A stretch of DNA of 64,000 nt from a virus, in the IMG/VR virus record IMGVR_UViG_3300021197_001949, positions 2,984 through 66,983 of that record; one strand, written 5' to 3'. The notes below the pieces were generated by a model, which ran no database searches, was not told the origin of the DNA, and worked only from the letters and a program-made list of their open reading frames with translations. This document shows positions 1 to 8,273 of the stretch, piece after piece (the stretch's first letter is position 1; the number at the start of each line of letters is the position of its first letter). The position numbers and the translations under genes are program-made.

Positions 1-464
1 ATCCAGTTGCCGTAGAATGTGGCCTCGTCGCTACGCTTCTTGTAGTTTCTTGTGTCACCAAAAACATTGTTCAATTTGTATCTGTTGTTCTTGCTGTCTT
101 CCTTGTGCCCTTGGTAGTCAAATCCCAGTATGTAGATCTCTTTGAATCCGTGGTCACAGGCCAGTTTCAGTGCAGTTGGTCCACTGCTCCAGCCCAGGCT
201 GGGTTTACTCCATGTGACGTGATCCAACAACTTCTGATGTTTCTGGTATTGATTATTGTAGTTGGAGTACACCTTATTATGTGTAACATAATCCGTCTCC
301 GCTATCTCTAGAATCATTTTAGGGTCAACTGCGACCAACCAGTGGGGTTCGTGTGTCCTGTAAACTGCGTTGCAGGCGTACACCGTTCCCTTTTGTTTGA
401 GATCGTTGATATCTATGCCCCTACGGGACTCACCGTTACCCAGTACGAATGCTGTTTGTGACAT
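1..464 (-). CDS. MptE/MAF-glycosyltransferase-like protein (partial, runs off the left edge)
   Basis: Not in the ORF track; translated by hand from ATG at 464: MSQTAFVLGNGESRRGIDINDLKQKGTVYACNAVYR...WSSGPTALKLA...IYILGFDY. The start overlaps the upstream stop (TAATG). Confidence 0.6.
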   Translation of the reverse strand, partial: MSQTAFVLGNGESRRGIDINDLKQKGTVYACNAVYRTHEPHWLVAVDPKMILEIAETDYVTHNKVYSNYNNQYQKHQKLLDHVTWSKPSLGWSSGPTALKLACDHGFKEIYILGFDYQGHKEDSKNNRYKLNNVFGDTRNYKKRSDEATFYGNW

Positions 465-706
465 TATAACTCTAAGTTATCGTCTTGGGCAGGTTGTCCG
501 TACATTTTTTGGACGAATACTGCCTCTTCCTTCTGTTGAGCATCGTGTGCCTCTGATGCCAATCTCATAGAGTTGATTTGTTTGAGTGTTAATCTTGTTT
601 TCCTGGTGTCTTCTGCATCCAGTATTGAAATATCGTTCTCGGGCTCGTATGTTTTGTCCTGTTCAAAACCATCTGCGCCATATGTGAAGAATTCATTGAG
701 TTTCAT
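464..706 (-). CDS. hypothetical protein, 80 aa
   Basis: ORF directly downstream of the portal, preceded by TAAATA (717-712) and coupled to the next gene. Confidence 0.7.
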   Translation of the reverse strand: MKLNEFFTYGADGFEQDKTYEPENDISILDAEDTRKTRLTLKQINSMRLASEAHDAQQKEEAVFVQKMYGQPAQDDNLEL

Positions 707-721
707 AATCGTATTTAATCC

Positions 722-2452
722 TTATACCTGTCCGCCGCCACCTGTACCGCCTGGTGTTTGTCCGCCTGGTGTCTGTCCTGGTCCACCCGGTTGTGGTGAT
801 CCTGGTTCTGGTGCTTCTGGATCCGCTGTTGGTTCCTCGAATTGGTCTAGGTCACTTGATATACCCGACTGTGTGACACCACCGCCTCTTAATTCGTTTG
901 ATTTGCTCTGTTTCTTCTGTGGTATGTTGTTTTCTTCTGCCCACAGTTCAGCATTCCTTGCCATTTCTTCCTCAGAAAGACCGAGATATCTTTTCAGTGC
1001 GAATCTTTTTGACATGTAAGGTAGATCTGCCACTGCTGTGAATGTGTTCACCCTGCTTTGGTCCATTTCTGTCTGTCTGTACTGTGCAAAGTTCTGTGGT
1101 GGGTTAAGTTTTATTTCAAACATTCCGTTGTCTATGTTGTAACCTTTTGTTTTGACCCATAATTTGAACTCACTGTCAAAAGTTTCGGCCAACATTGACT
1201 GTAGTCTAGCACAATACTTGTTGAATCTCAGTTCCTGGATGTATGCTGTTCCAACCCTACCGTCATTGTACTGTTGTCCACCGTCTTCTGCACCTGTTGG
1301 TAGATAAGAACTTGGAATCCTCAGTCCCCTGAACAGTTTGTTAGTGAAGAATCTTAAGTCATCTATCTCACCTAGGTTTGTACCACCTGGTAGTGTGTCA
1401 ACTTTAGATCCTCTACCCTCTGCTGTCTGTGGGAAGAAGTAATCTTCGTTTATACTCATCGGGTTGTATGTTGCATCTATGAAGTTTGCTCCCCCCGATG
1501 CACTTGGAATTCTTCTTTGATTGATCTCGTTTTTGACTCTCTCAACGAACTGCATCGCCAAGTGGGTAGGCATGTTACCCACGTCTATGTAGAATACTCT
1601 TCTTTCAGGTGCTCTCTGTACCCTGTAGATGATGATTGCGTCTTCTAATAATTCTTTTTGTTTGTAAACTTTGAAAACTTGTTCCAACACTGACTGTCCA
1701 AATGGGAAAAGGTTGTCTAAACCATCTGACATTGACATATGGATAACGTGCTCTGCGTTTATGTTGTACGCATTCATCGTTTTGTAGAATCTTCCACCTG
1801 CGTTTCCACCAGCGAAGCCTGACATGTTATTTGTGGCACCTGCGTTGGCATAACTTGAACCGTATGCCGCTGTACCACCACCAGTTGTTCCACCACCACC
1901 GTATGTTTGGTTGGGTGTGATCTGTGTAGCACTTAATCTCTGTAGGTTGGGGTTGATGTCTCTGATCACATACTGTTCGGGTTTCTTGCCCTCGGATTCA
2001 TTCACAACGATCCTGTCAACCTTGGCGTTGTCAATGTACAACCATTTGTTCGTTTCTGGATCTCTTACGAAGAAACAGTCTCCATACTTCAGTGCGTTCC
2101 TGAAAATCCTGAAGATTCTCTTGTTGAACTGATTAGATTTCGTCCACTGTTGCAAAGCCTTCTTTAAAAGTTTCACTTCGTGTTCTGTGGTCTCGTCCTT
2201 GAACACAAGATCAAACGGGGTCTCGTTCTCTGTGTTCTTCTGTGTTGAGAATTCTGCCAGGATGTCCAGTGCCGCGTTGATCTCTGAATCCGAATCCATC
2301 TGGTCATACTGGAAGTATCTCTGTATCCTGTTGGGGTGTCCCGTGTACACGTCCGGCAAGTAAGAACTGTAGTTCCTCTTGGCGAAGTTAGGTACCTTCT
2401 CTCCACTGATTGGAGACATGTTTGCGTCTTTAAAATATTTTTTCCAAGCCAT
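722..2452 (-). CDS. gp20: portal vertex protein, T4 gp20-like
   Basis: Motifs LLEDAIIIYRVQRAPERRVFYIDVGNMP, EDYFFPQTAEGRGSKVDTLPGGTNLGEIDD and ELRFNKY match T4-type portals. Confidence 0.93.
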   Translation of the reverse strand: MAWKKYFKDANMSPISGEKVPNFAKRNYSSYLPDVYTGHPNRIQRYFQYDQMDSDSEINAALDILAEFSTQKNTENETPFDLVFKDETTEHEVKLLKKALQQWTKSNQFNKRIFRIFRNALKYGDCFFVRDPETNKWLYIDNAKVDRIVVNESEGKKPEQYVIRDINPNLQRLSATQITPNQTYGGGGTTGGGTAAYGSSYANAGATNNMSGFAGGNAGGRFYKTMNAYNINAEHVIHMSMSDGLDNLFPFGQSVLEQVFKVYKQKELLEDAIIIYRVQRAPERRVFYIDVGNMPTHLAMQFVERVKNEINQRRIPSASGGANFIDATYNPMSINEDYFFPQTAEGRGSKVDTLPGGTNLGEIDDLRFFTNKLFRGLRIPSSYLPTGAEDGGQQYNDGRVGTAYIQELRFNKYCARLQSMLAETFDSEFKLWVKTKGYNIDNGMFEIKLNPPQNFAQYRQTEMDQSRVNTFTAVADLPYMSKRFALKRYLGLSEEEMARNAELWAEENNIPQKKQSKSNELRGGGVTQSGISSDLDQFEEPTADPEAPEPGSPQPGGPGQTPGGQTPGGTGGGGQV

Positions 2453-2457
2453 GCTTT

Positions 2458-2486
2458 ATATTACACTTTTTTATTCATTTTAGCAA
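2458..2486 (-). promoter_or_regulatory. sigma70-like promoter upstream of portal
   Basis: TTGCTA-17 nt-TAATAT on the minus strand, ending 5 nt before the portal ATG. Confidence 0.4.
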
Positions 2487-2487
2487 C

Positions 2488-4599
2488 CTAAACCAGTCCA
2501 ACTTGGTTACGGTCTTTACGTGCTGTTGTTTCAACTGCTTTCAAGGCCCTGGATTCCACTGCTACAAGCGTATTTACGCCATTTACCATACTTGCTAGTG
2601 CCTTGTTGGCGTTGTTCAGTTCAGTTGACATAGCGGCCATCTTGGTCTCCAATGCAGATGTATCAAATGTTTTCTGTAGATCCTGGTTCGCTGTCACTGT
2701 TGACTTGGTTCCTGCGGTGATCAATTCGGGACCACGTTCACCTGTGAGGTATGTTTTGCCTTCGTCCATGCCTCCGCCAAACTGTTTTTCACCACCGTAG
2801 GCTTTCATCAGTCCATATGCACCGCCAAGTGCACCACCGATTGCTGTGCCTATTCCTGGTGCTATTGCTGATCCCAATAGAGCTCCGGAAGCCGCCGATC
2901 CCAACGCACCTAAAATCTTTTCTTCATTGCTTTCACCGGAAGCAAGTCCTCCTGAATATGCCAGTCCGGCCGCACCTGCGGCACCTAACCCTGTTCGACC
3001 CATAAATCCTAATGCACCTCTGGCGGCTCCACCTTTGCCAAAGCCTTTTGTAACACTTCCTATCGTTCTGCCTAAGCCTCTCATTCCTATACTAGTACCT
3101 GCGGCTATTATTCCTATCTGAGCGGCCTTATTAAAAAGAAATTTGCCTCCTAATGCAGTTCCTATCAAAGTTGCAGTAAGATAAGGTGCTTTGGCCAGTG
3201 CTGTGGCTATGCCTCCTGTTCCTCCCATGATACCCTGTATGCCTCCTATCAGTCCACCTAATGCTGGACCAAACGCACTCAACAGTCCTGTCTCGATAGA
3301 CTGAAATTGGCTTGATAACACTTTTGAAGCCTGTTCAAATGTCGTTAAATTTTTCACTAGATCGGTCGCACCCGGTTTAAGTTCTTGGAACACACCATCA
3401 ACGTCCACGATCCTATTACCCAGGTTAATTACATCACCTTGCAACCTTAAGAATTCTACCTGTCCTGTCACGGTCGCCTTGCCAAATCTGTCTATACTCT
3501 TAGTTGACGCATCTCTGATCTGTCCCAGTGCGTTCTCGGCCGATATTGTGCCGTTGATCAAACTCCTGATCACTCCAGACGCTTCCGGAATGTTTTGTAT
3601 CAGTGCCAGTGCTGACTCTGTTACCGGAACACCTGCGTTGGCGATCAAGTCCTGGAATCCTTCGTTAAGTCCTGGTGCTATGTTTCCAACCGTTGCCGCG
3701 AAACCCTGCAACCTCCTACGTGTCTCTTCCGTCTGTCCCTGTAGTGCTACCTGAAATCTTTCATTGCTCTGTTGTGCTTCTATCTGTGCCCTTAGTTCGT
3801 CTCGTTGTGCACCTGTGAGTTTAGCCAACCTGTCTAATTCTTCCGCGAAATTTATCGCACTGTCTCGTCTCTGGGCATTGGTCAGTTGGTCCAGTACACC
3901 TGTCCTTCTCTGACTGTCTAGGTTCAATAGCAGTGTCTCGTTGATCTCGTCGACCGTCAGTCCCAACGGAGCCAATCTGTCAATGCCAACTTCCCTGACC
4001 TGTCTGCCCAGTGAAGCGATCTCCTTGGCACCTTGCGTGGTGGTTCCAAACAGTGCGGCCAGATTGGATGAATTGTTGGCGACCAATGAGGCGAAGTCGT
4101 CTAGTGGCAATGCCGCATCCGCGGCCGCCGTCCTCAATTCCACAATGCTCTGTCCAAAGTTGGCACCTGACTGCGAGAGTTGTCTGAATGTTTCTATGTT
4201 TACATCTAACCTGTTACCTAGTGTGCCAAGACCCTTGACGTTGTCAGTGAATGCACTGATGTTTCCTTGACCTTCGAATGCGGCCTTGCCCAAACCCATG
4301 AAACTGTTTCCAACCTTTTCCAGGATGTCCACCATGTCGGCATTCGCTTTGCTTAAATTCTCTTGTGATTTAATTGCTTTTTCAACTACTTTGACCTGTT
4401 CCTTGTCATTTTTCAGCAGTTCTTTTGATACCTTTAATTGGGCGATTAGTATGTCACGCTCTTTAGTGGTAAGTGGTAATTTCTTCTGCAGGGCCGCTAG
4501 TTCATCTAAGGCTATTTTCCTTTTTTTGGCTTGATCTCTAGATGGATTTAGTTTCTGTAGTTCATCTATCAGTTGTTTTATAAGTTGTTGATCGTCCAT
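2488..4599 (-). CDS. tape-measure-like tail protein
   Basis: 703 aa helical Ala/Gln/Leu-rich body, Gly/Ala-rich hydrophobic segment and C-terminal GG..YLTGERGPEL motif typical of tape measures; divergent from the chaperone-like pair. Confidence 0.65.
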   Translation of the reverse strand: MDDQQLIKQLIDELQKLNPSRDQAKKRKIALDELAALQKKLPLTTKERDILIAQLKVSKELLKNDKEQVKVVEKAIKSQENLSKANADMVDILEKVGNSFMGLGKAAFEGQGNISAFTDNVKGLGTLGNRLDVNIETFRQLSQSGANFGQSIVELRTAAADAALPLDDFASLVANNSSNLAALFGTTTQGAKEIASLGRQVREVGIDRLAPLGLTVDEINETLLLNLDSQRRTGVLDQLTNAQRRDSAINFAEELDRLAKLTGAQRDELRAQIEAQQSNERFQVALQGQTEETRRRLQGFAATVGNIAPGLNEGFQDLIANAGVPVTESALALIQNIPEASGVIRSLINGTISAENALGQIRDASTKSIDRFGKATVTGQVEFLRLQGDVINLGNRIVDVDGVFQELKPGATDLVKNLTTFEQASKVLSSQFQSIETGLLSAFGPALGGLIGGIQGIMGGTGGIATALAKAPYLTATLIGTALGGKFLFNKAAQIGIIAAGTSIGMRGLGRTIGSVTKGFGKGGAARGALGFMGRTGLGAAGAAGLAYSGGLASGESNEEKILGALGSAASGALLGSAIAPGIGTAIGGALGGAYGLMKAYGGEKQFGGGMDEGKTYLTGERGPELITAGTKSTVTANQDLQKTFDTSALETKMAAMSTELNNANKALASMVNGVNTLVAVESRALKAVETTARKDRNQVGLV

Positions 4600-4629
4600 A
4601 CGAAGTTTTTTCAGCCCTTTTTATACGCA

Positions 4630-4670
4630 TATAAATATAGACATCTATACGCTTTTAGTGTATATTTATA
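4630..4670. promoter_or_regulatory. two opposed T4-type late promoters
   Basis: TATAAATA at 4630-4637 (+) and at 4670-4663 (-) in the divergent intergenic gap. Confidence 0.7.
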
Positions 4671-4680
4671 GAATAAAAAA

Positions 4681-5535
4681 ATGACGGAAAACACAAACCC
4701 ATTAAACAAGTACTTCAGACAGCCGGCTATATACGTGTCGTTGCCGTCGGGTACTGCCTATCCACCACACGTGGTCACACCAGCACAGACCGGTGAACTG
4801 GGTGTGATGCCCATGACTGCCAAGGATGAGATCAGATTCAAGACACCAGACGCACTAATGAATGGTCAAGGTGTGGTAGACGTGATACAGAGTTGTGTGC
4901 CTGACATCAAGGACGCATGGCAGATCAAGAGCTATGACCTGGACACTATACTGGTTGCCATAAGGATCGCCACTTACGGCGAGACCATGGAGATTAATTT
5001 CAACGTGCCGGGTGCGAACGAGAACGTTTCACACACAGTGAACCTGCCCAGCATATTGGATCAGTTGAGATCCACTAAAGTTGACAGTGATATTGTGTTG
5101 AAGGATGGTTTGAAGATCACTGTCAGACCTCTAACATACAAGGACATGACATCGACATCGCTACAGACTTTCCAACAACAGAAGATGTACAGTGCCATAC
5201 AGGATTCACAACTGTCGGACGAGGACAAGGCCGCTAGATTCAATGATGCATTCAAGACACTGACCGAATTGAATGCCAGCATACTGCTCAAGAACATAGA
5301 GAAGGTCACAATGACGGAAGGAACAGAGATAACTGACCCTGCCCACATCAAAGAATTCATAGAAAATGCAAACGCAACATTGGTCAAAGAGATCGAAGAC
5401 AAACTGATGCAACTGCGTGGACAGGGTGCGGTGAAACCACTCAAACTGAAAGCAACGGAAGACCAGATCAAGAAGGGTGCACCGGCCACTTACGAGGTAC
5501 CCGTAACTTTCGACACATCAAATTTTTTCGTATAA
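4681..5535 (+). CDS. baseplate hub / tail assembly chaperone, T4 gp26-like
   Basis: Motifs NPLNKYFRQPAIYVSLPS, PMTAKDEI and DLDTILVAIRIATYGE; ends in SNFFV at a slippery site. Confidence 0.7.
   Translation: MTENTNPLNKYFRQPAIYVSLPSGTAYPPHVVTPAQTGELGVMPMTAKDEIRFKTPDALMNGQGVVDVIQSCVPDIKDAWQIKSYDLDTILVAIRIATYGETMEINFNVPGANENVSHTVNLPSILDQLRSTKVDSDIVLKDGLKITVRPLTYKDMTSTSLQTFQQQKMYSAIQDSQLSDEDKAARFNDAFKTLTELNASILLKNIEKVTMTEGTEITDPAHIKEFIENANATLVKEIEDKLMQLRGQGAVKPLKLKATEDQIKKGAPATYEVPVTFDTSNFFV
5520..5529 (+). other. putative programmed -1 ribosomal frameshift site
   Basis: Overlapping in-frame heptamers A-AAT-TTT (5520-5526) and T-TTT-TTC (5523-5529) just before the stop; the -1 frame is open to 5759. 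Confidence 0.65.
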
Positions 5536-5537
5536 CC

Positions 5538-5759
5538 TTGCTTTCACAATCGGAGTCTGATATAATCAAGACCCTGAAGGACATGGAGAACGGGCAGAAG
5601 GAACTCAAGCACGAACTGGTTAAGATCAGTTGGTACATGAGGGGAGGACTTTCATACTCGGAGGCCATGGGGTTGAGTCCAACAGAACGAGAGATCATAG
5701 CACAACTGGTAAAAGATAACCTGGAAACTACCAAGAAAAGCGGTCAACCTTTCTTCTAG
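5538..5759 (+). CDS. gp51-like baseplate assembly protein, probably the frameshift extension of the upstream gene
   Basis: ISWYMRGGLSYSEAMGLSPTEREII; only a TTG start with no SD; lies in the -1 frame of the upstream ORF. Confidence 0.65.
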   Translation: MLSQSESDIIKTLKDMENGQKELKHELVKISWYMRGGLSYSEAMGLSPTEREIIAQLVKDNLETTKKSGQPFF

Positions 5760-5811
5760 AATATAGTATACTATTATGGTATCCAAAAATGCAGATAATT
5801 AACACTTACAT

Positions 5812-6129
5812 ATGTCCGACAAAGACCTAGTCAAGGAACTCAAAGCCGAACTCGCAGAAATCACAAAAGACCGTGATGACACTCTGGCGAAAATGAAATC
5901 AAAGGAGAGCCGGATCAAGCAGGTGTTGATCAAACTGGAACACAGGGAACAGGACGTACACAGTTGTGGACACAAGATAGGTGAGCAGAACAAGGAGATC
6001 GCGGACCTCAAGGCCAAGTTGGAGACCAAGAGCAAGTTGCTGGACGAGGCACTCGAAAAGATAAAAAACATACACAACGATTCCACGACAGAACTATCCC
6101 AAACAATAACAGATAGCGAACAACAATAG
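5812..6129 (+). CDS. coiled-coil hypothetical protein
   Basis: 105 aa heptad-rich K/E/L sequence with ATG start. Confidence 0.65.
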   Translation: MSDKDLVKELKAELAEITKDRDDTLAKMKSKESRIKQVLIKLEHREQDVHSCGHKIGEQNKEIADLKAKLETKSKLLDEALEKIKNIHNDSTTELSQTITDSEQQ

Positions 6130-6135
6130 TTGATT

Positions 6136-6557
6136 GTCAGAGACGGCTTACGCCATCTGAAACTTCGCTTACGCTCGTTTCTTTTTTTAACTTACGCAGT
6201 TGTAAAACTAAATGACGCATCTTTGCGTCGCCTGTGGTAGATGAGCAGTCACAATTCGGCTATTTCTAGCCGAACCGACTTGAACCCTGTGGTGAGTTCG
6301 CAGTCACTATACATCGCTACCGGAGTTGGGCGGTTGTGCTGTACCCATTTGCTCATTCATTACAACGCGAGCCCGTCAAACCCTTGTATAATAGTTCTTG
6401 GCGGACCTGGGGATTATCTTTTTCTAAGAGCCCCATCATTTTTTGCTGTCTGCATCTAAGGATTCACCTGTCGCCTTGTCGGCCGCATTTCCTTGCTCAC
6501 TGGTTGCGATGCTATGTTTGCCTGTTGGAAATTTTTGAGAAGTTTTGTTTGCCTATC
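6136..6557 (-). ncRNA. candidate large structured non-coding RNA (or RNA-primed origin)
   Basis: The longest gap lacking a credible gene in the window. Minus-strand GNRA hairpins TTCGGCTA-GAAA-TAGCCGAA and GATGGC-GTAA-GCCGTC (with G-U pair), a 22-nt bipartite repeat, and an upstream promoter-like TTGACC/TATAAACA. Confidence 0.6.
6231..6307 (+). repeat. bipartite direct repeat CCTGTGGT-N6-GCAGTCAC, two copies
   Basis: Copies at 6231-6252 and 6286-6307; the 33 nt between them contain a perfect 8-bp hairpin. Confidence 0.85.
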
Positions 6558-6614
6558 GCACTTGTTTATATGAGTTTTCTTTATAGGTCAATCTTTTTGG
6601 CTTTAAATACCACG

Positions 6615-7022
6615 ATGCATTGGACGTACCAAGGAAATAAAATTACCAACATGCCGGAAGATGTTGTGGGATTTGTTTATCTCATAACAAATACAACTAA
6701 CGGTAGGAAGTACATAGGCAAGAAATTGGCCAGGTTCAAACGATCTAGGCCACCACTCAAAGGCAGGAAGAACAAGCGTAGATACAAGGTGGATTCAGAC
6801 TGGCAGGACTACTATGGATCCAGCGATGATCTAACGATGGATGTGAATAAACTTGGTAAAGAAAAATTCACCAGGGAGATACTGTTTTGGTGTAGGTCCA
6901 AGGCGGAACTGTCATACGTGGAGGCACGTGAACAGTTTGCACGTAAGGTGCTTGAGTCAAACGATTACTACAACGGCCATATCCGTGTGAGGGTGCATGG
7001 AAAAGGGATTATAAAGTCTTAA
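6615..7022 (+). CDS. GIY-YIG family endonuclease (Seg-like catalytic domain)
   Basis: GFVYLITNTTNGRKYIGKK...YYGSS...FTREIL...YYN. Start placed at ATG 6615, 5 nt after TAAATA, rather than at 6336. Confidence 0.85.
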   Translation: MHWTYQGNKITNMPEDVVGFVYLITNTTNGRKYIGKKLARFKRSRPPLKGRKNKRRYKVDSDWQDYYGSSDDLTMDVNKLGKEKFTREILFWCRSKAELSYVEAREQFARKVLESNDYYNGHIRVRVHGKGIIKS

Positions 7023-8013
7023 CAATTTCGTCAGCAAAATACTCGTAGTGTTTCCTGTGAGGATGTGCCCCATCATCTGCACGTTCTGTGAACAGTGATA
7101 ATTTAGGGAATCTCGGCAACATTGTAAAATTCATTTTGTCTCTTTGCTTTTGAAGATATTGGTACACCTCATCAACCCAACTTGAAACAAACAAGTCTAT
7201 GTTGTTTTGCTTACAGTAGTCTATTATTTTGTTCAAAAATCTTTTAGAATATCTATTTTTTACATCTTTTATGATGTTATCCCTGACCTCTTGCATTTTG
7301 GACAGCAATCTTTTATTCCTGTAAAACGAGTATTCACTAGTCACGTGGGACAAATCTACAGTGCTATAGATACTTATATATTTGTCATCAATAGCACAAC
7401 GAACCACCCTGCGTTCAAAATTAGGAAACAGTATTAAACACTGATCAAACCCTTTTCTTTTGTGCAGTAACTTCAGATTGTGGTAAATGCCATCCACACC
7501 ACTTCCGTTGATACCCATATTGAGATAGTTTGCACCTGTCCTTTGAGATAACTGAAATGGCCAAGTGTCCGAAGCGGATTGGTAAGCACCATATGTATTA
7601 GAACAGCCAAAGCAAGGAATGAATTTTTTTCCAAAGCCTTTGTGATCTCGATCTCTGTACCAATTGGTAAAACTATCGTTTGTAAATTCGTATTGAAAAA
7701 TATAATCATCCTTTTTTGTAGCACAATGCCAATTATTTGACCTATGAGATAAGATGTAAAGGTCATCTAGTTCTAGGGTGAATACTCCTTTCATGGATAC
7801 TTCATGTATAGATGTCAGTACAACATCACTGCCGTCTATGAGTAATGATGTGTTGTAAAATTTATTGGTTTCGATACCGTTAAGAATAATTTTATTAATG
7901 CCGATGGTATTACCCTTTGGATCCAAAGGGAAGGAAATTTTATTTTGCTTGGGATAATCTATGTCCCACTCCATAACTTTTGTGCTGAGGTGGATTTCAA
8001 TTTTCAAATTCAT
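7009..8013 (-). CDS. SGNH/GDSL hydrolase-like protein
   Basis: Blocks FGCSNTYG, NMGINGSG and DGAHP. ATG at 8013 preferred because the longer start crosses a terminator. Confidence 0.65.
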   Translation of the reverse strand: MNLKIEIHLSTKVMEWDIDYPKQNKISFPLDPKGNTIGINKIILNGIETNKFYNTSLLIDGSDVVLTSIHEVSMKGVFTLELDDLYILSHRSNNWHCATKKDDYIFQYEFTNDSFTNWYRDRDHKGFGKKFIPCFGCSNTYGAYQSASDTWPFQLSQRTGANYLNMGINGSGVDGIYHNLKLLHKRKGFDQCLILFPNFERRVVRCAIDDKYISIYSTVDLSHVTSEYSFYRNKRLLSKMQEVRDNIIKDVKNRYSKRFLNKIIDYCKQNNIDLFVSSWVDEVYQYLQKQRDKMNFTMLPRFPKLSLFTERADDGAHPHRKHYEYFADEIVKTL

Positions 8014-8018
8014 ACTAC

Positions 8019-8053
8019 AAAAAAACCTCCGACTCGTTAAAGACGGAGGCTTT
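8019..8053 (-). terminator. intrinsic terminator after the Hc1-like gene
   Basis: GCCTCCG-TCTTTAACGAGT-CGGAGGT followed by a T run on the minus strand. Confidence 0.75.
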
Positions 8054-8078
8054 GGGTTTTGCAAAATCCAATGATCGA

Positions 8079-8273
8079 TTACGCCGCTGTTTTGGCCGCG
8101 TTCTTAACTTCTTGAATTTCTTTTCTTCTTGCTTTGATCAGTTTAGATAATTCTGCTAGGGCCTTTCTGGCTCTTGTTGCAGAGGCTTTTACACCCTTAT
8201 CAACAAACTTCCCATTCTCTTCAGAGTAAGTTTGAATTGCTGTCATTATAGCGTCATGTGTTTCATTTGACAT
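8079..8273 (-). CDS. histone H1-like (Hc1 family) DNA-binding protein
   Basis: KFVDKGVKASATRARKALAELSKLIKARRKEIQE; strong SD (AAGGAAGGA); own TTGACA-18-TTTAAT promoter and terminator. Confidence 0.7.
   Translation of the reverse strand: MSNETHDAIMTAIQTYSEENGKFVDKGVKASATRARKALAELSKLIKARRKEIQEVKNAAKTAA

Noticed and set aside
6277-6290. tRNA suggested by GGTTCAAGTC on the minus strand
   Set aside because: No T-stem pairing, cloverleaf or CCA end.
6231-6307. Mini-CRISPR or TIGR-like array
   Set aside because: Only two copies, they differ in the middle, the 'spacer' is itself a hairpin, and no cas or Nop-domain gene was recognised in the window.
6336-6614. N-terminal extension of the GIY-YIG ORF (228 aa in the track) and ORF 6241-6459
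   Set aside because: Atypical composition, overlap with the hairpin-rich element, and a promoter box directly before ATG 6615.
8014-8064. Longer TTG start for the SGNH gene
   Set aside because: It runs through the intrinsic terminator; ATG at 8013 is more plausible.
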